Positions 19,493 to 26,063 of a stretch of DNA of 64,000 nt are shown here, one piece after another. Position 1 is the first letter of the stretch. Each line of letters begins with the position of its first letter. The stretch spans positions 17,299 to 81,298 of the forward strand of contig CBDHHL010000034.1 of NCBI GenBank assembly GCA_965263355.1, given 5' to 3'. Source of the stretch: Leptolyngbyaceae cyanobacterium (GTDB lineage Bacteria; Cyanobacteriota; Cyanobacteriia; Phormidesmidales; Phormidesmidaceae). Position numbers and translations under genes: made by a program. The notes beneath the pieces were generated by a model, which made no database searches, was not told where the DNA came from, and was given only the letters and a program-made list of their open reading frames with translations.

Positions 19493-21183
19493 TCCGTAAT
19501 TCCTCTTTTCTTGTGGTTCCTTGCGGCGTTAACATCTGCATTTTGCTTCTGTTCAAATAGGCTACAGCTCTCATTTACGCAAATAAACGTGTCTTGGTCT
19601 GGCCTGATGCCTTTTCCCCCGCAACAATGACAGCGTTGTGATGAGTATCTAGCCTCCGTCTCTATGTATAATTTCCCGGCTTCCTCTAATTTAGATTTTG
19701 TTTTAGTTCTAAGGTCGCCCATACAGGCTATTTTCAATGATCTGTTCAATCCTGCCTTAGCTGTTCTGCCGTTTTGCTCGTAATAACTTCCATCTTCAGC
19801 TAATTTAGGCGTTGTCTGCCTCCCCATGTTAGTTAACGCCGTAGCCTCCCAGGCGATGACATCATAAGTTCTGGCTAACCTGGTTGACAGCTTATGATTG
19901 AAAGCATTTGAACTATTAACAGCTCGCTCATGCAGCCTGGATATTTTATTCCTAAGTTTTTGCTCGTTATTAGTGGCTTCACGCTTCCCACGCTTCCATA
20001 TTTGTCCTAGCCGCTTATCATTTTTTTCAGTCATAATGTCAAGCTTGGATTGCAGCTTTTCAATATGATTGTGTATTCGTTGTCTGCTTTCGTTAGGATT
20101 AAATAAATGACCTTCGTCAGTCGCTACAATTGCCTTAACGCCAGGGTCAATGCCCGCCATATGCCCGGTTCGTTTAGCGCATTTTGAGTCTTCTATTAGC
20201 AAGTATGGCAGCTCATTTTCTATTGACTTTTTCTTGGCTAATGCCGCTTGATAGTCTTCACTGTTAGCTAACGCCTTGGCTTGCTCCTTTTTCCCTTTAA
20301 TGCCATCAATAACTTTTTTCTTGATAGCGATTAAAACTCTTTTTTGTCGTTTAAGCTCTAATCTATTTTCTTCTTCCGCTTCACTTTGAGTAGTTAGGCA
20401 TAGATAGAAGCCACTCGGTTTTAATATCAGTTTGTAAGTCTTTATTACATAGCCTTCGAGTCTTTTTGAATAGCTGCGATCGCACGGTTCTAAAACTAAG
20501 CCTTGACCGTCGAATTGTCCTTTTTTGAACGGGATGGCTTTTTGATTATTGTTCAGCGTGCTAATTTTACACTGCTTGCCGTCCTTATACTTTGGCTGCT
20601 TTCTGGCGGGCAGTTTCCCGTCTAAATAAGCCTTCCAGGCAACCTCAAAGTCAGCTAGTAGCCCCCCAACAAAATCACTATTGCACGTTAATTCATCAAG
20701 ACCCTGAGAACTTCGTGACGCATTTAGCAACGCCATATTGTCTAGTCCCCATGATTTCCCCTTTAGCCCACGTATTAATGGGACGCCTTCCTTGAAATAA
20801 GGGACTTCGATATATTTATGGGGTTCTGGCTTTATCCGCTCATATGGCTTATCCCCAGCCACTAACTCATAGCCAAGTTTTGTTTTGCCATCGCCATAGT
20901 GAATCAAAGGGGCTTTATCTGACTTCTTAAAATACGGACCTCCTTTAGCAATCTGACAAGCTGCGCCATTCCAACCGCCACTCTTTGAAAAGCGTAACGG
21001 CGTTCTAATGCAGCCTGATAAGTCGACGCCTTTCTTTTCTGCCCAGGCATACCACTCAAGGCAATGATTATGTAAGGCTACGGCCCGCACATAATTCCAC
21101 AACCATTCAAGCTCTCTGCAAATTTTCTCGTATTTAATCAGTGTTTCAGGGGTCGGCTGGACTTTTACCTTGATCGTCTTCAT
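19489..21183 (-). CDS. compact type V CRISPR effector, TnpB-derived (C2c8/V-U2-like), 564 aa
   Basis: TnpB-type N-terminus MKTIKVKVQPT...WLWN; RuvC-I GIDPG, RuvC-II IAWE, Zn finger CHCC...C...C, RuvC-III NADVNAARN; adjacent to an array and anti-repeat. Confidence 0.85.
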   Translation of the reverse strand: MKTIKVKVQPTPETLIKYEKICRELEWLWNYVRAVALHNHCLEWYAWAEKKGVDLSGCIRTPLRFSKSGGWNGAACQIAKGGPYFKKSDKAPLIHYGDGKTKLGYELVAGDKPYERIKPEPHKYIEVPYFKEGVPLIRGLKGKSWGLDNMALLNASRSSQGLDELTCNSDFVGGLLADFEVAWKAYLDGKLPARKQPKYKDGKQCKISTLNNNQKAIPFKKGQFDGQGLVLEPCDRSYSKRLEGYVIKTYKLILKPSGFYLCLTTQSEAEEENRLELKRQKRVLIAIKKKVIDGIKGKKEQAKALANSEDYQAALAKKKSIENELPYLLIEDSKCAKRTGHMAGIDPGVKAIVATDEGHLFNPNESRQRIHNHIEKLQSKLDIMTEKNDKRLGQIWKRGKREATNNEQKLRNKISRLHERAVNSSNAFNHKLSTRLARTYDVIAWEATALTNMGRQTTPKLAEDGSYYEQNGRTAKAGLNRSLKIACMGDLRTKTKSKLEEAGKLYIETEARYSSQRCHCCGGKGIRPDQDTFICVNESCSLFEQKQNADVNAARNHKKRGITE

Positions 21184-21346
21184 TATTTTGTACGTCGTTT
21201 TGTGGCAGCTCTGGCAGCATATCAATAAAGCGTTCCAATAGGTCTGCTATCGATATATCCCAAAGTCTACAATACTGCTCTAGCTTTTGTTTACGGCTTT
21301 GCTTGATGCGGGCGTAAATCCTGCCTTCTCTATTCTCTTTTCCCAT
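21146..21346 (-). CDS. ribbon-helix-helix (CopG/Arc-like) regulator
   Basis: GRIYARIKQSRKQKLEQYC...SIADLLERFIDML; overlaps the effector start. Confidence 0.75.
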   Translation of the reverse strand: MGKENREGRIYARIKQSRKQKLEQYCRLWDISIADLLERFIDMLPELPQNDVQNNEDDQGKSPADP

Positions 21347-21362
21347 TTATATTAAAAAATAC

Positions 21363-21391
21363 TTGGCGTACAAAATATAACACGCTAATAT
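21363..21391 (+). promoter_or_regulatory. probable promoter for the tracrRNA/array
   Basis: TTGGCG-17 bp-TAATAT; contains CGTACAAAATA, the inverse of TATTTTGTACG at 21184-21194. Confidence 0.5.
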
Positions 21392-21397
21392 AAGGAC

Positions 21398-21680
21398 ATC
21401 GCAGTTTGGGCGACAAGGCAGCGGAAACGTTGTTGGATGGCTTCAGCGCTAAGGTTCTCTAGGGGGCTATGGGTATCTTTTGTCGGGAAACCGATAAACA
21501 CCAGCCGAAAGGCAAGATAGGAGCAAAAGGAGTCCGTAAGGCCCTTATAGATTCGCCGGATCTATGGCGAACAGTCTCAACTTTTTTTGGCAAAGCTAAG
21601 CGAGGCCAAAAGAAGAACCTTGAAAAACAGGGATTAAAGCTTTGGCAAAATTGCCATTTTCTGAGCTTTGCCAGAATCGC
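21398..21680 (+). ncRNA. candidate tracrRNA (ends approximate)
   Basis: Four GNRA-capped hairpins (21417-21434, 21481-21496, 21504-21513, ~21533-21542) and a 19-nt perfect anti-repeat AGGGATTAAAGCTTTGGCA at 21629-21647. Confidence 0.75.
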
Positions 21681-21719
21681 TCATAAAAGCCTTGCGGCTA
21701 AAGGGATGCAGCTGTTTAC

Positions 21720-21975
21720 GCTGCCAAAGCTTTAATCCCTACCAAGGGACTGAAACGCACCTGGTGGAAACGAACTATTAGCCATGAGCCAAGCTGCCAA
21801 AGCTTTAATCCCTACCAAGGGACTGAAACCTGTTATTGGCTTGAGCTGGTCTATGCGGTCCTGAGCTGCCAAAGCTTCAACCCCTACCAAGGGACTGAAA
21901 CTGTAACGTTCCCTGATTTGCGGGGCATGGTGCTATACGCTGCCAAGGCTTCAATCCGTTTCAAGGGGCTGAAAC
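21720..21975 (+). CRISPR. CRISPR array: four 37-nt repeats, three spacers (36, 35, 37 nt)
   Basis: GCTGCCAAAGCTTTAATCCCTACCAAGGGACTGAAAC at 21720 and 21793 (identical), 21865 (2 changes), 21939 (degenerate trailer). Confidence 0.96.
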
Positions 21976-22026
21976 CAAAGAAGACATGGACTCTAGTTAT
22001 TACTCTCAGCTAGCTTGGGATACTAG

Positions 22027-22257
22027 TTGTGTCAACGAGCCCATTCTTCCAAAATGATAGAAATTATATCTCGACATAGTTATCGTGAGTCCTTAGATTC
22101 TGAGGCGCAAGAGCAAATAGTTACGTTATACGTAGATCCTGAGACTGAGCAAGGGAGACTAATAGAAACAACAGACGGCGTTGAAACAAACCGAATAGAG
22201 CTATCTGCATTAGCAGTCAGTAACCTGTTTGACGCGTTAAAAAACAATGGCGGTTGA
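22027..22257 (+). CDS. hypothetical protein
   Basis: Short ORF after the array, convergent with the FHA gene. Confidence 0.4.
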   Translation: MCQRAHSSKMIEIISRHSYRESLDSEAQEQIVTLYVDPETEQGRLIETTDGVETNRIELSALAVSNLFDALKNNGG

Positions 22258-22259
22258 AG

Positions 22260-23132
22260 TCACTCCGTAATTCCTTTTAGCCCGAGTATAGTTACGACTG
22301 ACCCCACGATTAGCGTAGACCACTCGAATATGTTCTTAATAGTTTCGTGATCCAGGTTCAGTGCGAACGCCGCGATTGCAGCCAATGATACGCCAAGTAC
22401 AAGCATCATAAGCTTGATTTTTTTCTCAGCCTTGCGACGTGCGAGTAGCTGGGATTCTTGCTGACGGTTTAATGCACGCTCTTGCTCCAGCGTGCTACTA
22501 AGGTCTAGCAAAACGGAGCTTTGTTCATTAAGCTTTTGGCCAAACTCCTCACGCTCTTTGGAGTATTGAACCTGCATGCGCCCCATGGCTTCAGTGAGCT
22601 TTTCTAGCTGGTATTTGGCCTGCGTGGCTTCCTGTTCGTAGATCCGCCGTTCCATTTGAATAGCTTGGAATTGCTGCAGCGTTGGGGGATCCGTATCATC
22701 TCCCGGCTCTTTTTCTGCAGGCCACTCAAGGAGGCAATAGTACTTTGAGTCAATTAAATCATTTTGGAATTTAGGAAAAATAGTGATGCTTCCTGCAAGG
22801 CCAGGACGGAGCTGCATGAATCCAGTCACAGGACGATGGCCAACCCATACTCGTTGTTTCGACGGCTTCCATTCGCCGTCGACTAAGTGGCCATCGTGAA
22901 CAAAATAATCCCAGCCCCTGGGACTTGCCGGGTTCTCTTCTGCTAACAAAGTGCATTGACGAGAGCTAATCCAATTTTGGCAGCGAGCACCGACCCCAAT
23001 CTGAATGTGATTTTCTGCAGGTTCAGCTCTGCCAATCGTAATTGGCCCGCGCCTGAGCCTTTCTAGCGAGATTTCGTGTTGCTGATCACTCCCACCTATT
23101 TCGGTTATCAGCAGATACTCTTCGGCTTTCAT
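22260..23132 (-). CDS. FHA-like domain, coiled coil, two C-terminal TM helices
   Basis: ITIGR...WISSRQCTL...V.DG...SKQRVWV (degenerate FHA); Q/E-rich coil; two hydrophobic segments. Confidence 0.65.
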   Translation of the reverse strand: MKAEEYLLITEIGGSDQQHEISLERLRRGPITIGRAEPAENHIQIGVGARCQNWISSRQCTLLAEENPASPRGWDYFVHDGHLVDGEWKPSKQRVWVGHRPVTGFMQLRPGLAGSITIFPKFQNDLIDSKYYCLLEWPAEKEPGDDTDPPTLQQFQAIQMERRIYEQEATQAKYQLEKLTEAMGRMQVQYSKEREEFGQKLNEQSSVLLDLSSTLEQERALNRQQESQLLARRKAEKKIKLMMLVLGVSLAAIAAFALNLDHETIKNIFEWSTLIVGSVVTILGLKGITE

Positions 23133-23197
23133 ATTGAGCTATAGAACACTCACTAATAGGTTAGCCTATAAGAGAATCTTTCTCCTCAGTGCTATCT

Positions 23198-23722
23198 ATG
23201 GCCACTATCCCAGACAGTTCAGGGTTACCGACAAGCGGGACAGGTGCTGGACGGAGACTTACTCGCGCTGATCTCCAGGCAATGATCGACAAATCGGTCA
23301 CAAGCAGTATAGGCGAAGCGTTTCGACTCTCTGGGCAAGCTGACGAGCGGAATGCTGCTAGACTCCGAGACTTGGAAGCCAGAATGGAGACTTTAATAAA
23401 GAAAGTCTCTGACAGCAGCTCGACAATAGCAGAGATAAAGGCTGGCTACGACGAATACAGGGAATGGGGCAGCAAAGTGGCTGAGGCTGTAGCGGCCACT
23501 GAAGGCGACGCTAGAACGCTGCACAGGACCATGGAACGGGTTGATGGGCTTGTTGAGATTGCTCAGTTGTTATTGAGAGTACTAGAGCCAACAAGCAGGG
23601 CGATCAACTGGATGATCGACCGATTGCATCGACTGGACAGGAGAACATACAGTCACAAAGATGGGGCAGATATCACCAACCTAGTGAATGGCCCCCGACG
23701 AAGAGCGAGTGATCGCGGGTAG
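23198..23722 (+). CDS. coiled-coil protein with Arg-rich C-terminus
   Basis: Helical heptads; ends LDRRTY...NGPRRRASDRG. Confidence 0.6.
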   Translation: MATIPDSSGLPTSGTGAGRRLTRADLQAMIDKSVTSSIGEAFRLSGQADERNAARLRDLEARMETLIKKVSDSSSTIAEIKAGYDEYREWGSKVAEAVAATEGDARTLHRTMERVDGLVEIAQLLLRVLEPTSRAINWMIDRLHRLDRRTYSHKDGADITNLVNGPRRRASDRG

Positions 23723-24768
23723 TGGCGCAGGTCGACCAAATAGGTAACCCTGGGCCATGTCGCAGCCGATTGCTTTCAACATGTCGGCCTGTTGCTGGGT
23801 TTCCACGCCTTCAGCGATAACTTTGATGCTGAGTTTTTGCGATAGCGCCACAATTGCGTCAACCATTACTCTGGATTCGCGAGCAGGCAGGCCACTAATA
23901 ATAGATCGGTCGAGCTTTACCAGGTCAACTTGGCCTTTCAGCAATCTATCGTAGCTGCAGTATCCGGTCCCAAAGTCGTCCAGGGCGATCTTTACGCCTT
24001 TCCCCTAGCTGACTGAATCCGGCTCTGAATCTCCTCAGAAACAGCCTCAGTCTCCAATATCTCCATATGCCCTCCAGTAGGCAGCTTTTGATCGTGCCAA
24101 TCTGCTCTAGCTAGAGTGAACGGTGAGATATTAAAGCTGATCCACTGGCCAATCTTGCTTGAATCTGCCTGGGTTTTCTCGATCACCCAGTAGCACAGTA
24201 AATGCTCACTGTTTGCCTTTCTCAGTAAAGGCAAGAAATCCCCTGGGAAGATTAATTCATTGTCTTTTGCCCATCTTGACAACGCCTCATAACCAACGGT
24301 CTCATCGGACCTTAGGTCAACTATCGGCTGATAATGCAGGGCAAATCCGTTGTTGTTAATTGCGTATTTTATTTCTGAAAGCCTTTGTGTTTCAACCTCT
24401 GTCAGCTCTTTGTCGCCCAGTTTACTGACTTGGGAAAAGAAATAAAGGAATTCTCCAGACTCAGAATGGAATCCTTCGCAGTGCAACGTGCAAGAAATCC
24501 ATTCTGCTGTTTGTCCATGCTTATAACGCTTTTTCAGCGTGAAAGATTTAAGTTCTCCATTGATTACGCTGCGGAATGGGTTGACCTGAGGCGTTAGATC
24601 TTCAGGATGGCTGATCTGCTGGAACGTTAGGCGCAGCAACGTTTCTCGTTGATAACCCAGTATTTCACACAGAGTCTCATTTACATCCCAGAACTTTCCG
24701 TCTGGCCCAACAATAGCAGCCCCTATCAGGCTGTTCCGTTTAAGTAGCTCTGGGATTCTATGCATCAT
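23681..24768 (-). CDS. PAS-EAL c-di-GMP phosphodiesterase split by a -1 frameshift near 24000
   Basis: PAS (VNETLCEILGY, SHPED); YQPIV, GYEALSRW, SFNISP, MEILE in frame 0; GVKIALDDFGTGY, VKLDRS, IAEGVET, QGYLFGRP in the -1 frame. Confidence 0.88.
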
Positions 24769-24930
24769 TATTAGAAATATCTAATCCTGCTTCCACATTT
24801 TGGCTGCTAGTTAAATTTTAAGCTTGGTTACGCTTTCTGTCCTCGTCGTTATTGGTTTGACGTGGTTGATAGATTATTTAGATATTGTCGATGTGGTCAA
24901 GACACTAATCCCCTGATTGATGGTTGAGTC

Positions 24931-26059
24931 CTAGCTTGCAAGTAAATCCAATAAGCTTAGCTGTTGCTTTTTGGGGGTTTCCTCAGTCGTTGCGGTCTGT
25001 TGTTTTAGCCAGTCTAATCTAGCCTGCTGCGATACAAAGCTTTGTTCTTTGCCGACTTTGCCACGGGCTACATCTACCCAATGAGGATCAATATCAATCC
25101 CGATAAAATGTCGTCCATGCTTTTTGGCAGCTACTAGAGTATTGCCGGAGCCGCAAAAGCAGTCTAGAACTACTGAATTAGGCTTAGAGCTAGCGTTTAT
25201 GATGTGCGCCATCATGGTCAATGGCTTCTCGCATGGATGCTTACCTGGGTAGCTTTGCACTGTCGGGAAGTCCCATATATCCGTGTAGGGTACGTCTGAC
25301 GATACGATAAACGGTCTACGTAGTTCTTCGTATTGCTGACGTAGTTCTTCGTATTGTTGACGTAGTTCTTCGTATTGTTGAAGTAACCGGGGAATGAGTC
25401 TTGGAGGGTTTTGTATTGGCGTTGAGTTAGGCCCAATTCCCATTGGTGAATTAATACCAAAATGAATGCGAGGCCATGCCCCCACCCGACTTCCCTAAGG
25501 CTAAATGTAATTTGTTTGTTTCAGATATTAGCTTATTGGCTCCTTTCTCCTATCTGGAATATGCTCGCAACGGTTCAAAAACAAACCCGCGCAACTCATC
25601 ACACTTTGCCTGATAACCTGCTTCGCCTTTAGCTGCGTTATCTGCGCCGTAATGTTCACAAAAGATAATTGATTCCGATGCAGGGAAATAGCCTCTAAGA
25701 ATTTCTTTGCATGATGCTTTATGTCTTCCTTGTTCCTTTCGCCATCGAATATTGTTCAGCACATTAAACCGATCGCTCAACAACACCTCAACTCGTGCTG
25801 ACATTTTTGTGCTCGCGAAACAATACAGGCTGCCATTAGGTTTTAATATGCGTTGCCATTGCGCGGCTAGCTGGTCAATCCATCTCAAGAATTCTGCTGA
25901 ATTATCCCAGGCGCGATCCCACCATTCGAATTTGCCTTTAGAACCGCCCCCTTTTACCTTAAAAAAAGGCGGGTCAGTTGCTATTAGATCAATGCTGCTA
26001 TCAGGGATGCCGTTCATCACTTCCAAGCAATCGCCTTGAATAACTTGATTTAATTCCAT
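24931..26059 (-). pseudogene. N4/N6 DNA methyltransferase interrupted by clustered indels and stops (or local sequence error)
   Basis: GDCLEVM, TDPPF in the 5' part; HPCEKP, VLDCFCGSG, IGIDID in the 3' part; middle 25380-25560 changes frame several times. Confidence 0.75.
25318..25380 (-). repeat. 21-bp tandem repeat x3 encoding QQYEELR
   Basis: CA(A/G)CAATACGAAGAACTACGT three times on the minus strand. Confidence 0.9.
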
Positions 26060-26063
26060 ATCA

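Noticed and set aside
19489..21346. Ordinary IS200/IS605 or IS607 element
   Set aside because: No tnpA or small serine transposase and no evident IS end structures. The protein is enlarged and linked to an array with a matching anti-repeat. Not fully excluded without phylogeny.
21469..21735. 88-aa ORF over the tracr/leader region
   Set aside because: It runs into the first repeat, has no recognisable motif, and the region is better explained as structured RNA.
19489..21975. Type V-K CAST (Cas12k)
   Set aside because: RuvC catalytic residues are intact and no tnsB, tnsC or tniQ is present.
25218..25460. Separate NNTKNYV-repeat protein
   Set aside because: It is the out-of-frame reading of the QQYEELR repeat in the broken methyltransferase.
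25380..25560. Diversity-generating retroelement variable region
   Set aside because: No reverse transcriptase or template repeat seen, and the changes are indels rather than A-specific substitutions.
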